From positions 16,419 to 80,418 of the forward strand of contig CBDDRQ010000030.1 of the NCBI GenBank assembly GCA_965233125.1: a DNA stretch of 64,000 nt, given 5' to 3'. Positions within the stretch are counted from its first letter, which is position 1, and each line of letters opens with the position of its first letter. This DNA is from an uncultured bacterium. Lineage in GTDB: Bacteria; Pseudomonadota; Gammaproteobacteria; Burkholderiales; SG8-39. The position numbers and the translations under genes are program-made. Shown here one piece after another: positions 1 to 8,982 of this stretch. The notes below the pieces were generated by a model, which had not been told where the DNA came from, ran no database searches, and saw only the letters and a list, made by a program, of their open reading frames with translations.

Positions 1-2
1 AC

Positions 3-497
3 ATCCTCGCGCTGTGCCTCGAGGGCAAGCCGCTCGAGCTCGCCGCCGCGCTGCGCGAGCCGCTCGCGATCCCGGCGAGCGCGAGCGTGCTCTCGGCGCT
101 GGAGCACTTCAAGCGCACCCCGGCCGAGGCCGCGGTCGTCGTCGACGAGTACGGCGCCTTCCAGGGCCTGGTCACACGCACCGATCTTCTCGAAGCGATC
201 GCCGGCGACCTGCCCGATGCCGCGGACGAGCAGCCGGGAATCCGCAAGCTCGGGGAAGGCGAGTATGCGATCGAAGGCGACAGCGCGCTCGCCGACCTGC
301 AGGAGCGCCTGGGCCTGGCCGAGCTGCCCGAAGGCGACTACGCGACGGCCGCCGGCCTCGCGCTCGCGCTGCTTGGCAGCATGCCCCGGCGCGGCGACGC
401 CGCCGACTGGGCCGGCTGGCGATTCGAGGTCGCCGCGATGGATGGCCTGCGCATCGCGCGCCTCGTGGCGCGCCGCGCGGTTCGTCCCCCCGGCTAG
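3..497 (+). CDS. C-terminal part of a CBS-pair plus CorC_HlyC (transporter-associated) domain protein; 5' end lies outside the window
   Basis: Frame 3 is open from the window edge. The translation (...VVVDEYGAFQGLVTRTDLLEAIAG... then ...WRFEVAAMDGLRIARLVA...) looks like the CBS + CorC_HlyC tail of TlyC/CorC-type proteins. GC-rich third codon positions. Confidence 0.6.
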   Translation: MLALCLEGKPLELAAALREPLAIPASASVLSALEHFKRTPAEAAVVVDEYGAFQGLVTRTDLLEAIAGDLPDAADEQPGIRKLGEGEYAIEGDSALADLQERLGLAELPEGDYATAAGLALALLGSMPRRGDAADWAGWRFEVAAMDGLRIARLVARRAVRPPG

Positions 498-967
498 CGC
501 GGGCGCTTCTGGCCGCCCTGAATTTCGCCGCGCCAGCCGCCGGTCTCGGCGCCGCGCTTCTCGATGTAATCCTTGAACTGCTCCACCGAGGTCTGCACGC
601 GCCGGCTCATCACGCCCAGCGCGTCGCCGGCGTTCTCCACCGCCCCCTGCGGCTCGTACTCCATCGTCAGGCGCACGCGCGTCTTGTCGGCCCCCAGGGG
701 CTCGAAGCGCACCGAGCCGGCGTTGGGCGCGTCGCCGCCGGTGCTGCGCCAGGCGATGTGCCGGTCGGGCACCTGGTCGGTGATTTCCGCGTCCCACTCC
801 TTGTCCTTGCCCCAGATCTCGGCGTGCCAGTGCACGTGCGTATCGTCGAGCTGCTTCACTTCCTTCACGCCCGCCATGAAGCGCGGGAACTCCTCGAACT
901 GGGTCCACTGGTTGTAGACCGTGTGAACCGGGCAATCCACTTCGATGGCTTTCTCGATGCGTTCCAT
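494..967 (-). CDS. SRPBCC (polyketide cyclase/dehydrase-like) family protein
   Basis: ATG at 967 is preceded by GGAGGG. The 157-aa translation MERIEKAIEVDCPVHTVYNQWTQFEEFPRFM...RVRLTMEYEP is typical of the SRPBCC/cyclase-dehydrase fold family. The upstream part of the long ORF is Arg-rich and looks like an off-frame artefact. Confidence 0.7.
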   Translation of the reverse strand: MERIEKAIEVDCPVHTVYNQWTQFEEFPRFMAGVKEVKQLDDTHVHWHAEIWGKDKEWDAEITDQVPDRHIAWRSTGGDAPNAGSVRFEPLGADKTRVRLTMEYEPQGAVENAGDALGVMSRRVQTSVEQFKDYIEKRGAETGGWRGEIQGGQKRPR

Positions 968-1023
968 TGGGTCCCTCCAGGTTGCGATACCGCCATCCGC
1001 AGGCAAGAAGCGTTCCGCGCCCC

Positions 1024-1911
1024 TCAGGCCGCGCAGGCGAGCGCGCGCGCGATGTCGCGCAGTGCGTCCTGCAGGGCGCCGCCGCGCGCGACCAGCACGG
1101 CGGGCGTGCGCGTCGCCGCGGCGAGCACGCCGATGCCCGGGTGCGCGCTCACCACGACCCGCGCGCGCGCGACCAGCGCGCCCAGGCCGCCGAGCGTGGT
1201 GCGCCCGGCGAGGTCGGCCGCAGGCTCGCGCATCGCGTCCTTGATCGCGCCGGTGAGCGTGCCGCTGCGCGCGGCGCCGGTGAGCGCGACGCGCAGGCCC
1301 TCGCCGGCGAGGGCGTCGCCGAGCTCGGCGAAGCGCTCCGCGCGCCAGGGCGCCTCGCCCGCGCCGCCGTCGGGATGCAGGAGCGCGCAGCCTTCGAGCC
1401 CGAAGCGGCCGGCCTCGGCGAAATCCGCCTCCTGCAGCGGGAACTCGAGGTGGCTGCCCCTGGGCGGCACGCCCAGGTGCTCGAGCAGCCGCAGCCAGCG
1501 CGCCGGCTCCGCCTCGTCGTCGCGCCATTGCAGGTAGCGCCCCGGGTCGGGCGTGAAGCGGCCGAAGCGGTAGAAACCGGCGGTGCGCACCGCGCCCATC
1601 AGCATCACCAGCGGGTTGGCGATCTCGCCGCTACCGTGCATCTGCAGGGCGAGGTCGAATTGCGCCGCGCGCGCCCGGTCGAAGAACTCCGGCAGCGCGG
1701 CGATCCTGGCCGGGCCGGGGATGCCGGGAAACCCCGGGAACTCGAGGTAGCCGTCCAGGTAGCGGCGCAGCCGCGCCGCGAGGGGGCGGGCGCTCGCCGC
1801 GCCGACCAGCGTGATGTGCGCCGCCGGCCAGGCCGCGTCGAGCGCCCGTAGCGCGGGCACCGCGCAGAGCACCTCGCCAAGGCCGAGCGGGCAGAAAACG
1901 GCGATTCTCAT
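1024..1911 (-). CDS. glycosyltransferase family 9 (heptosyltransferase-like) protein
   Basis: Start MRIAVFCPLGLGEVLCAVPALRAL... resembles the GT9 N-terminus. C-terminal ...LGGLGALVARARVVVSAHPGIGVLAAA... resembles the GT9 nucleotide-sugar binding half. Confidence 0.6.
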   Translation of the reverse strand: MRIAVFCPLGLGEVLCAVPALRALDAAWPAAHITLVGAASARPLAARLRRYLDGYLEFPGFPGIPGPARIAALPEFFDRARAAQFDLALQMHGSGEIANPLVMLMGAVRTAGFYRFGRFTPDPGRYLQWRDDEAEPARWLRLLEHLGVPPRGSHLEFPLQEADFAEAGRFGLEGCALLHPDGGAGEAPWRAERFAELGDALAGEGLRVALTGAARSGTLTGAIKDAMREPAADLAGRTTLGGLGALVARARVVVSAHPGIGVLAAATRTPAVLVARGGALQDALRDIARALACAA

Positions 1912-1978
1912 GGCCCGGAGGCAGCAAGCGTCATTCCGGCTTGTATGCTTGGACCTCGCCGTTAGGAGCGTCACCGCG

Positions 1979-2467
1979 ATGAGACACCAGCGCCTTGCGC
2001 TTTGCGGGGAGCAGCACGCCGGGGAAGTCCTGGAGATCATCAACGATGCCGCGCGCGCCTACCGGGGCGTCATTCCCGCCGACCGCTGGCACGATCCGTA
2101 CATGCCCGCGCAGGAGCTGCGCGCGGAGATGGCTGCCGGGGTCGTCTTCTGGGGTTGCGAGGAAGAGGGAAAGCTGCTCGGCGTGATGGGCCTGCAGTAC
2201 GTCCAGGACGTCGCGCTCATCCGCCATGCGTACACGCGCACCGCCGCGCGCGGCCGCGGCATCGGCGGCGCGCTGCTCGAGCACCTGAAGCGCGAGGCGA
2301 AGGCGCCGCTGCTGGTGGGCACCTGGAAGGCGGCGACCTGGGCGGTGCGGTTCTACGAGAAGCGCGGTTTCGTCCTCGCCGCCGAAGCCGAGAAACGCAG
2401 GCTGCTGGAGCGCTACTGGAGCATCCCCGAGCGCCAGGTCGAGGAGTCGGTGGTGCTGCGGCACTGA
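1979..2467 (+). CDS. GNAT family N-acetyltransferase
   Basis: Translation contains an acetyl-CoA binding motif-A-like stretch, IRHAYTRTAARGRGIGGALLEHL, followed by ...AVRFYEKRGF. Confidence 0.75.
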   Translation: MRHQRLALCGEQHAGEVLEIINDAARAYRGVIPADRWHDPYMPAQELRAEMAAGVVFWGCEEEGKLLGVMGLQYVQDVALIRHAYTRTAARGRGIGGALLEHLKREAKAPLLVGTWKAATWAVRFYEKRGFVLAAEAEKRRLLERYWSIPERQVEESVVLRH

Positions 2468-2487
2468 AATTGCATCCGCGGCGGGGC

Positions 2488-3003
2488 ATGCTCCGCTCCA
2501 AGCGCATTCGCACCGCCGGCATCCTGCTCGGCATCGGCCTGGGAGGGTTCCTGGACGGCATCGTCCTGCACCAGATCGCGCAGTGGCACAACATGCTTTC
2601 CGCAGTGCTGCCGCCCCACGACATGGCGGCGATGAAGCAGGGCATGGCCGCCGACGGCTGGTTCCACGTCGCGACCTGGATGGTCACTTTTGCCGGTGTG
2701 ATGGCGCTGTGGAGCGCGCTGCGCGGGCCCGGGCCGCTGCCCTCGACGCGCGCGTTCGCCGGCAACATGCTGATCGGCTGGGGCGCCTTCAACCTGGTCG
2801 AGGGCATCATCGACCATCACCTGCTCGAGCTGCACCACGTGCGCGACCTGCCGCAGCACGTGCCGTTCTACGACTGGGCGTTCCTGCTCGTGGGCGGCGT
2901 CGGCCTGCTCGTCATCGGCATCGTCCTGCGCGACCGGCGCGGCGCGCCAGGCGCGCAGGAGCGTCGCTCCGGGGTCGAGCGGCGCTCGGGCTCAATGGTC
3001 TGA
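2488..3003 (+). CDS. DUF2243-like integral membrane protein
   Basis: ATG at 2488. The 171-aa product has several hydrophobic helices and the motif GGFLDGIVLHQIAQWHNM...IIDHHLLELHHV, which I recall from the DUF2243 family. Confidence 0.55.
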   Translation: MLRSKRIRTAGILLGIGLGGFLDGIVLHQIAQWHNMLSAVLPPHDMAAMKQGMAADGWFHVATWMVTFAGVMALWSALRGPGPLPSTRAFAGNMLIGWGAFNLVEGIIDHHLLELHHVRDLPQHVPFYDWAFLLVGGVGLLVIGIVLRDRRGAPGAQERRSGVERRSGSMV

Positions 3004-3741
3004 GAGCAGCGACCCCCAGCCCGCGAGCCTGTCCCGGATGCCGTACTGGCGCAGCGCGTACCAGTAGGTCGCGGTATTGATGGCGATCACGGGCTTGCCG
3101 AGCCGGCGCTCGGCGGCTGCAGCGAGCTGCGCCAACGCCAGGTTGGTGCCGACCTGCACGACGGCGTCGACCTTTCCCCGGTTCACCCGGGCGATCGCCT
3201 GGCGCAGGCGCGCCGGGCCGACGTGCGCGATCAGCACCGGGCTCGCGCACTTCAGGCCGACGAGGTTCACCACCTCGTAGCCGCAGTCGGCGAAGAAGCG
3301 CAGCACCTGGCGGTCGCCCACCGGCATGTAGGGCGTGATGATGCCCAGGCGCCGCACCGAGCGGCCGTGCGCCGCGAGCGCCGCGCGGCAGGCGTCGGAG
3401 CCCATGGCCACGCCGACCCTGGCTTTTCTTTCCAGTTTCTTTCTCAACCGGGAAGACCCCGAAAGCCCGTCCCAGAAAGTCTCCGACGACATGCCGAGCA
3501 CGACGTAATCCGGATGGCAGGTCATCACCGCGTCGAGCGCGGGCAGGAGCGCGCCGCGGATGTTGTCCATCATGCGCAGGAAGCTCGCGTCGCCGGTGAC
3601 GCGCGTGTCGGGGATCGCGAGGCGCGAGTGATGGTTGGTGACCCCGCGCGGGCGCATGGCGTCGAACTCGGGCTGCACCGTGGTGTTCGTCGAGGGCGCG
3701 AGCACGCCGAACTTCGCGCGGAAGCCGAGCGCGTCGGTCAT
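2992..3741 (-). CDS. Asp/Glu racemase superfamily protein (maleate isomerase / arylmalonate decarboxylase-like)
   Basis: The 249-aa translation MTDALGFRAKFGVLAPSTNTTVQPEF...ITPYMP...GKPVIAINTATYWYALR matches the maleate cis-trans isomerase-type pattern. Divergent from the MaoC/CoA-transferase operon. Confidence 0.6.
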   Translation of the reverse strand: MTDALGFRAKFGVLAPSTNTTVQPEFDAMRPRGVTNHHSRLAIPDTRVTGDASFLRMMDNIRGALLPALDAVMTCHPDYVVLGMSSETFWDGLSGSSRLRKKLERKARVGVAMGSDACRAALAAHGRSVRRLGIITPYMPVGDRQVLRFFADCGYEVVNLVGLKCASPVLIAHVGPARLRQAIARVNRGKVDAVVQVGTNLALAQLAAAAERRLGKPVIAINTATYWYALRQYGIRDRLAGWGSLLSDH

Positions 3742-3750
3742 CGGGCTAGA

Positions 3751-4203
3751 ATGCCACAGATGAGCGAGGCGCTGCCCGTCGTCGGCCGGGGATTCTGCTT
3801 CGAGGACCTGCGCCTCGGCTTTCGCTTCCGCACGCACCGGCGCACCATCGCCGAGTCCGACCTCGCCGCTTTCGCCAACCTCACCTGGCTCACGGAAGAG
3901 CTTTTCACCGTGGAGGGGGAAAGCAGGCCGCGCCTGGTCCCCGGCGCGCTCGTCTATGCCTTCGCCGAGGGGCTGCTCCTGCCCACCATGCAGGACACCG
4001 GGCTCGCCTTCCTCGGCGCGACGCTGGACGTGAAGGGGCCCACGCGCGTGGGCGACACCATCCACGTCGAGTGCGAGGTGGTCGAGCACCGCCTGACCTC
4101 GAAGGGCGACCGCGGCCTGGCGCGCTTCGCCAACAAGGTGCTCAACCAGCGCGGCGAAGTGGTCCTCGAGTACAACCCGCTCCGGCTGCTGAAGAAAAAA
4201 TGA
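3751..4203 (+). CDS. MaoC-like (hotdog fold) dehydratase
   Basis: Translation ...FRTHRRTIAESDLAAFANLTW...GDTIHVECEVVEHRLTSKGDRGLARF is hotdog/MaoC-like. Its stop overlaps the next start (ATGA at 4200-4203). Confidence 0.7.
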   Translation: MPQMSEALPVVGRGFCFEDLRLGFRFRTHRRTIAESDLAAFANLTWLTEELFTVEGESRPRLVPGALVYAFAEGLLLPTMQDTGLAFLGATLDVKGPTRVGDTIHVECEVVEHRLTSKGDRGLARFANKVLNQRGEVVLEYNPLRLLKKK

Positions 4204-5390
4204 GCTCCGGTCCCCTGACCGGGATCCGCGTCCTCGAGCTGGGCAGCCTCATCGCGGGGCCGTTCTGCGCCAAGACGCTCGGCGACTTCGGCGCCGAGGT
4301 GATCAAGATCGAGCCGCCCGGCGAGGGCGACCCGCTGCGCACCTGGCGGCGCATGCGCAACGGCACCTCGCTGTGGTGGCAGGTGCAGTCGCGGAACAAG
4401 AAGTCGGTCACCTGCGACCTGCGCAGCCCCGAGGGGCAGGAGATCGTGCGCCGCCTCGCGCGCGGCGCGCACATCGCGATCGAGAACTTCCGCCCCGGCG
4501 CGCTCGAGAAGTGGAACCTCGGCTGGGAGGCGCTCTCGCGCGAGAACCCGCAGCTCGTCCTCGTGCGCATCTCGGGCTACGGGCAGAGCGGCCCCTACCG
4601 AGAGCGTCCCGGGTTCGCCGCGATCGCGGAGGCGCTCGGCGGCTTTCGCTACGTCAACGGCTTCCCCGACCGGCCGCCGGCGCGTCCCAACCTTTCGCTC
4701 GGCGACACGCTCGCTTCGCTGCACGGGGTCATCGGGGCCTTGCTGGCCCTTCATCACATCAAGAACGGCGGCAAAGGCCAGGTCATCGACGTCGCCTTGT
4801 ACGAGGCGGTGTTCAACTGCATGGAGAGCCTGCTGCCCGAGTATGCCGCCGGCGGCTACGTGCGCGAGAGGAGCGGCTCGGCGCTGCCGGGCATCGCCCC
4901 CTCCAACCTCTACCCGTGCAGGGGCGGCGCGTACGTCCTCATCGCCGGCAACGCCGACAGCCTGTTCCGGCGCCTGATGGGCGCCATCGGCCGCGCGGAC
5001 CTGCGCGACGACCCGGCGCTCGCGCGCAACGACGGCCGCGCCGCGCAGATGGAGCGCATCGACGCGGCGATCGCGGAATGGACCTCCCGCTTCTCCCAAG
5101 AAGAAGTTCTTCAGGCGATGGAAAAGGCCGAGGTGCCCGCCGGGCGCATCTACAGCGCCGCCGACATCGCCGCCGACCCGCACTTCGCCGCGCGCGGCAT
5201 GATCCGCGACATCGTCGCGGGCGACGGCGAGCCGCTCAAGGTGCCCGGCGTGGTGCCGGTGCTCTCGGGCACGCCCGGCGCGATCCGCACCCCCGCGCCC
5301 GGGCTCGGCGAGCATACGGAGGGGGTTCTTGCCGAGATCGGATACTCGAAGGAAGACATTGCAGGGCTGCGACAGAAAGGCATCGTGTGA
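4200..5390 (+). CDS. CoA transferase, family III (CaiB/BaiF type)
   Basis: N-terminus GPLTGIRVLELGSLIAGPFCAKTLGDFGAEVIKIE and the overall 396-aa layout are characteristic of family III CoA-transferases. Confidence 0.85.
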   Translation: MSSGPLTGIRVLELGSLIAGPFCAKTLGDFGAEVIKIEPPGEGDPLRTWRRMRNGTSLWWQVQSRNKKSVTCDLRSPEGQEIVRRLARGAHIAIENFRPGALEKWNLGWEALSRENPQLVLVRISGYGQSGPYRERPGFAAIAEALGGFRYVNGFPDRPPARPNLSLGDTLASLHGVIGALLALHHIKNGGKGQVIDVALYEAVFNCMESLLPEYAAGGYVRERSGSALPGIAPSNLYPCRGGAYVLIAGNADSLFRRLMGAIGRADLRDDPALARNDGRAAQMERIDAAIAEWTSRFSQEEVLQAMEKAEVPAGRIYSAADIAADPHFAARGMIRDIVAGDGEPLKVPGVVPVLSGTPGAIRTPAPGLGEHTEGVLAEIGYSKEDIAGLRQKGIV

Positions 5391-5776
5391 TCGACCATAT
5401 TGACCACATCGTTCTCACCACCCGCGACAAGGAAGGCTGCATCCGCTTCTATACCGAAGTGCTCGGGATGAAGCTCACGCGGTTCAGGACGCCGACGGAG
5501 GAGCGGATCGCCTTCTCGTTCGGGTCGCAGAAGATCAACCTCCACGAGTGGGGCCGGGAGTTCACGCCGCGGGCGCACGTGGCGGCGCCGGGGTCGCTCG
5601 ACCTGTGCTTCATCGCGTCGGTCGCGCTGGAGGAGGTGATGGAAAGGCTCAGGAAGGAGAAAGTCCAGATCATCGAAGGGCCGGTGGCGAAGACCGGCGC
5701 ACGCGGGCCGATCCGCTCGGTGTACGTGCGCGACCCGGACCTCAACCTGGTCGAGATCTCCGAGCCGGCCAAATGA
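5387..5776 (+). CDS. VOC (glyoxalase/bleomycin-resistance/dioxygenase) family protein
   Basis: GTG start overlaps the upstream stop (GTGA). Translation IDHIVLTTRDKEGCIRFYTEVLGMKL...VYVRDPDLNLVEI is a typical VOC fold signature. Confidence 0.7.
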   Translation: MIDHIDHIVLTTRDKEGCIRFYTEVLGMKLTRFRTPTEERIAFSFGSQKINLHEWGREFTPRAHVAAPGSLDLCFIASVALEEVMERLRKEKVQIIEGPVAKTGARGPIRSVYVRDPDLNLVEISEPAK

Positions 5777-5779
5777 GAA

Positions 5780-5800
5780 AAATGGGGTCTGTCCCCATTT
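5780..5800 (+). terminator. hairpin after the VOC gene (AAATGGGG-tctgt-CCCCATTT); possible terminator, and its 3' arm is part of the island att core
   Basis: Perfect 8-bp stem with a 5-nt loop, 4 nt after the TGA at 5774-5776. Only a short T run follows, so its function as an intrinsic terminator is uncertain. Confidence 0.35.
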
Positions 5801-5805
5801 AGGGC
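5791..5805. repeat. attL-like direct repeat GTCCCCATTTAGGGC
   Basis: The identical 15-mer recurs at 52787-52801, next to the integrase gene. The composition change begins nearby. Confidence 0.75.
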
Positions 5806-6182
5806 CGAAAATTCATGACCTAAATGCCTGATTTGGTTCGAGGCGGGGATCAGAAGGAATAAACAGTACCAAGATAGGCGCGCGAGGGTGAGCCTAGCAC
5901 TTGAGGGCGCCGCGTGGCAGGACCGCGCGCCCCCGGCACCGGGACCGCCGGCGGACATCGTGAGGATCGCCTGTGAGGCCGCAGGAGCGACGCTGCGCCG
6001 GAACGTCCACGTACACGTCTTCGTGGCGGGCGCGCGGGAGGCCGCCACACGCGAGGCTCGCGCCTACGCTGGCGGACGGGCGCGGTTCCGCTTCTCTTCT
6101 CTGCGTAGGCGCCCGGCGATGCGAAGCGCCTCGGCCACGGTGCGTGCGGGAGGTAAGGGTGGCACCCGGCCGGGCCGCAGAC

Positions 6183-6614
6183 TCATCGGCGGAATGTTTT
6201 TGGATTGGGCGTCCACGCACCAAGTAGTGCGACCGACCCTGCCAAGAACCACCAAGGAGAATCAGTGACCGCGAAGGCCAGGATGATCAGGACGACCATT
6301 ATGACCAACGGCCCGAAGAGGAGGGCACGTCGCGTCACTGGGTTGCGAAAAATCATTGGGTGGTTGTAGGGTTGCTGGGCAATGAATACGCGTCCGACCC
6401 AGCGATAGACGATCAGGTTCAGAACTTGAACAACTACGAGCGCCCAGAATGTCGCATCCGTTGGAACCCGTGTGTCGCCTTGCATTCGCCAAATCGTCAC
6501 GACGACGATAACGACCCAAGCCCACGCCAAGGTCCGGCGATGTTTGTGAAACAGCGCCGTTGCCAATAACAGACCGAATATGCCGTACCACAGCGGACTG
6601 AAGTATTCGCTCAA
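6183..6614 (-). CDS. hypothetical membrane protein
   Basis: 143-aa ORF with about four hydrophobic helices. TTG start overlaps the upstream stop (TTGA). Last gene of the coupled RadC operon. Confidence 0.45.
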   Translation of the reverse strand: MSEYFSPLWYGIFGLLLATALFHKHRRTLAWAWVVIVVVTIWRMQGDTRVPTDATFWALVVVQVLNLIVYRWVGRVFIAQQPYNHPMIFRNPVTRRALLFGPLVIMVVLIILAFAVTDSPWWFLAGSVALLGAWTPNPKTFRR

Positions 6615-6808
6615 GACTTCGGCTCGCGCTCGGGCAGCACCAGCAGCCTGCGCTGATTGTGCAGGTCAGACTCGTAGGTGTAAGTCAGTTTGCACGGCGC
6701 CTTCGCGCCGCCGCAGGTAAAGGTGTAGAGCACGGGTACCGGCCGCGCGTCGGTCTCGGGGACCGGTACCGCGGACGGCAGATCGTCGTGCATGGCTTTC
6801 GTCTCCAT
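6611..6808 (-). CDS. hypothetical small protein (65 aa)
   Basis: The ATG at 6808 shares 1 nt with the upstream stop, and the ORF's own stop overlaps the downstream start. No recognisable motif. Confidence 0.4.
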   Translation of the reverse strand: METKAMHDDLPSAVPVPETDARPVPVLYTFTCGGAKAPCKLTYTYESDLHNQRRLLVLPEREPKS

Positions 6809-6990
6809 CAGTGCCGCGTAGCGGTTAAGTCATGCTCGAACTGTTCGATCTCCTCGGGCGTGAGCGGGTACAAAACGCGCTCCGTACCGTCGGTCAATCG
6901 CACGACGACGGACTTAACTTTGCCCGTCGCGCGGTCGGAAACGATTCGCACCTCGCCGGTGGGTGCCGCTGGTTTTTCGCTCTTGCTCAC
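6808..6990 (-). CDS. hypothetical small protein (60 aa)
   Basis: GTG at 6990 overlaps the radC stop (GTGA). The translation [55 protein letters not shown] looks protein-like. The longer 158-aa ORF in the track is Arg-rich upstream of this point. Confidence 0.4.
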   Translation of the reverse strand: MSKSEKPAAPTGEVRIVSDRATGKVKSVVVRLTDGTERVLYPLTPEEIEQFEHDLTATRH

Positions 6991-7466
6991 AGCAGCCCCC
7001 TTTCGGCGAAGCTGACGATCTGCTCGCCGGCCACGATGAAGTGGTCGAGCACCTTGACGTCGACCAGCGCGAGCGACTCTTTCAGGCTGCGCGTGAGTAG
7101 CTCGTCGGCCTGCGAAGGCTGCGCGGCGCCAGACGGATGGTTGTGGGCAAAGATCACCGCCGCGGCGTTGCGCGCCAGCGCGGCCTTCACGATCTCTCGC
7201 GGGTACACCGAGGTCTGGCTTAAGGTCCCACGAAATAGCTCCTCCAACACCAGTGCGCGGTGCCGCGCATCGAGCCAGATGCACACGAACACCTCGTGCT
7301 CGCGGTCGGAGAGCGAAAGGCGCAGGTAGTCGCGCACGGCGCTCGGCGCGGTCAGCGCCGCCCCGTGGTGAGCCCGGGCTTCGAGGATGCGCAGCGCGCC
7401 GGCAACGATGGTGTTCGCGTCGGCGCTGTCGAGGGCTACGCGCACGGTGTTCACGCGGCGGCTCAC
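6987..7466 (-). CDS. radC: RadC-like JAB/MPN domain protein
   Basis: JAMM motif [14 protein letters not shown], plus the upstream E (REHEVF) and the typical C-terminus DHFIV...SFAERGLL. Confidence 0.85.
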   Translation of the reverse strand: MSRRVNTVRVALDSADANTIVAGALRILEARAHHGAALTAPSAVRDYLRLSLSDREHEVFVCIWLDARHRALVLEELFRGTLSQTSVYPREIVKAALARNAAAVIFAHNHPSGAAQPSQADELLTRSLKESLALVDVKVLDHFIVAGEQIVSFAERGLL

Positions 7467-7708
7467 GACATCACCTCACGGTCGAATGCGCGCAGAAGGT
7501 CGCGGATTGCCTCGGCCTCCTCGGGGTCGCGCGTGGCGTCTAGCTCAAGCTGCAGCGTCGCGATGAGCAGCGCCTGCAGCAGCGGGTTGCCGTGCGCCCG
7601 ACGGATTCTTTCTTCGACACTCAGACCTTCATCGCGGTGAAGATCGCGGTCGCGTTGGGCATCTTCGAGGGACTTGGGGTTAGAGCGGACGACGACGAAC
7701 TTGGGCAT
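7463..7708 (-). CDS. hypothetical small protein (81 aa)
   Basis: ATG at 7708 is preceded by GGAG. The stop overlaps the radC GTG start. Acidic, helical sequence with no recognised family. Confidence 0.45.
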   Translation of the reverse strand: MPKFVVVRSNPKSLEDAQRDRDLHRDEGLSVEERIRRAHGNPLLQALLIATLQLELDATRDPEEAEAIRDLLRAFDREVMS

Positions 7709-8054
7709 CTCGATCTCCAATTCGGAGCCTCGTTTAGCGGGCTGTTTAAGGTCGTCGCAAGTGAGGCTAAATCCCGACCGGCGCCTAGCTACAGCGCCGA
7801 GGCGATGTTACGCCTAGCTAGAGAGATTCACACGACTATTTTCTGGGCATGTAAAACAATGGTTGGCCGAGCGGGAGATTGCAGGCTGTTGACCGGGGTT
7901 CGAATCCCCACGGGGATTCCCCTCCACGCGGTGGAGATCCCTTGGTCGAGCCGGGTAGCGGCGTCCGCGCGCGTCCCCACGTTCAGCGGTAGAGTATTGC
8001 TCCGATTCCTACCCGGGACGAATAAAGTGGGAAACAGTGACAGGGGGTCTGAGC

Positions 8055-8345
8055 ATGGAAACGAGATCAAAGCTCGTAGCCTTAGAGTTGGTCGGGGGCA
8101 TTCTCGGTTGGGTGTGGATCGTCGCCTCGATCGCCTCGCTTTACTTTCTCGCCGTCGCGGCGTTCTCAGACAGTCCGTGGTCGCGATTCTTCTGGGCGGT
8201 TGGCGTTTCGATAATCGCAAAGTGGCTTGCTCGCGGCTTTCGGGATAATCAACTGCGCATCGGGTTTGAGGCGAAGCTCGTATCTGAAGGCCGCACGCTG
8301 GAGGACGCTCGGAAGGAATGGGCCGAGCGGTACATGAGGGGCTAG
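8055..8345 (+). CDS. hypothetical membrane protein
   Basis: Has two clear hydrophobic helices (LVGGILGWVWIVASIASLYFLAV, FFWAVGVSIIAKWL). An alternative GTG start lies at 8037. Confidence 0.45.
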   Translation: METRSKLVALELVGGILGWVWIVASIASLYFLAVAAFSDSPWSRFFWAVGVSIIAKWLARGFRDNQLRIGFEAKLVSEGRTLEDARKEWAERYMRG

Positions 8346-8426
8346 GGCTTGCCCAACGAGGCGGGTGGGTGACCGGCGCACGACCTATTCGTCTTCAAGA
8401 TCTTGTCGGCTCTTTGCGGCATGCAG

Positions 8427-8858
8427 TCAGGCTTCCCTGTTCTTCGACCGATAGAGGTCCTGGAAGCGGCCGTTATCAACGGCCTCTTTTGCTGGCCTCG
8501 TGAGCTGGCCGTACTCCCCCAGGAATTCAGGATAACGGTCTATCAGGTCGGGCCTTTCGCGGGCGATCACGTATAAACCCAACGCTCGAACCGACTTCGG
8601 ATAGCCCAGGATCGAGAACATGGCCGTCTCTTTGGCGGCTTCTTCCATAAGGGCTTCGTCGCTCGGCGTCGGCCCGCGACTGAACATGGCGTGATGCTTC
8701 ATTCGTCTCGCCAGGACGTATGCCAGGAGCTGGTGCTCATTCGCTGCCCTATTCATCTGTCGCTCGCCCTCGTACATGACCTCGATCGTGCGGATGACTT
8801 CCTCTGCGAGCACCTTGCCGTTAAGGATGCCCCGTAGATTGTTCCAAAGCGCGCCCAT
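8427..8858 (-). CDS. hypothetical protein (143 aa)
   Basis: ATG at 8858 is preceded by a strong AAGGAGGA. Divergent from the 8983 cassette. No motif recognised. Confidence 0.55.
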   Translation of the reverse strand: MGALWNNLRGILNGKVLAEEVIRTIEVMYEGERQMNRAANEHQLLAYVLARRMKHHAMFSRGPTPSDEALMEEAAKETAMFSILGYPKSVRALGLYVIARERPDLIDRYPEFLGEYGQLTRPAKEAVDNGRFQDLYRSKNREA

Positions 8859-8982
8859 TGGGTCCTCCTTCCTGGGTCGTGCAAGGACCATGCCCACGCT
8901 GCTGAGCGTCAGGGCCTTAACTGAAGGCCCGTACGCCGAGCAGGTAAAGTAACGGGTGGATCTATAAGACAAGAAGACAAGG

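Noticed and set aside
14-1537. 507-aa ORF, and many similar long Arg/Ala/Pro-rich ORFs in the GC-rich flanks (for example 3954-5315, 4373-5386, 52721-53920, 54764-56236, 54850-56712, 56718-58337, 58648-59892, 60478-62577, 61206-62948)
   Set aside because: These are off-frame or antisense shadows of real genes, typical of very GC-rich DNA. Their translations are low-complexity R/A/P/G strings, and each overlaps a gene with clear family motifs in another frame.
5806-6182. Several 60-126-aa ORFs on both strands in the GC-rich segment just inside attL
   Set aside because: All translate to Arg/Pro/Ala-rich sequences without starts backed by RBS-like motifs. I could not support any coding or RNA call, and the segment remains unexplained.
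7861-7917. Possible tRNA gene (D-loop-like GGCCGAGCGG plus a perfect GGGG-TTCGAAT-CCCC T-arm)
   Set aside because: No anticodon arm fits between the two elements. The 7 nt after the T-stem (CGGGGAT) has no complementary 5' acceptor strand at the expected distance. Kept only as a structured or relic element in the findings.
7592-8248. 218-aa plus-strand ORF spanning the 7720-8036 intergenic region
   Set aside because: It runs antisense through the end of the 7463-7708 gene and through the structured non-coding stretch. It has no RBS and odd composition, and it overlaps the better-supported 8055-8345 membrane ORF in another frame.
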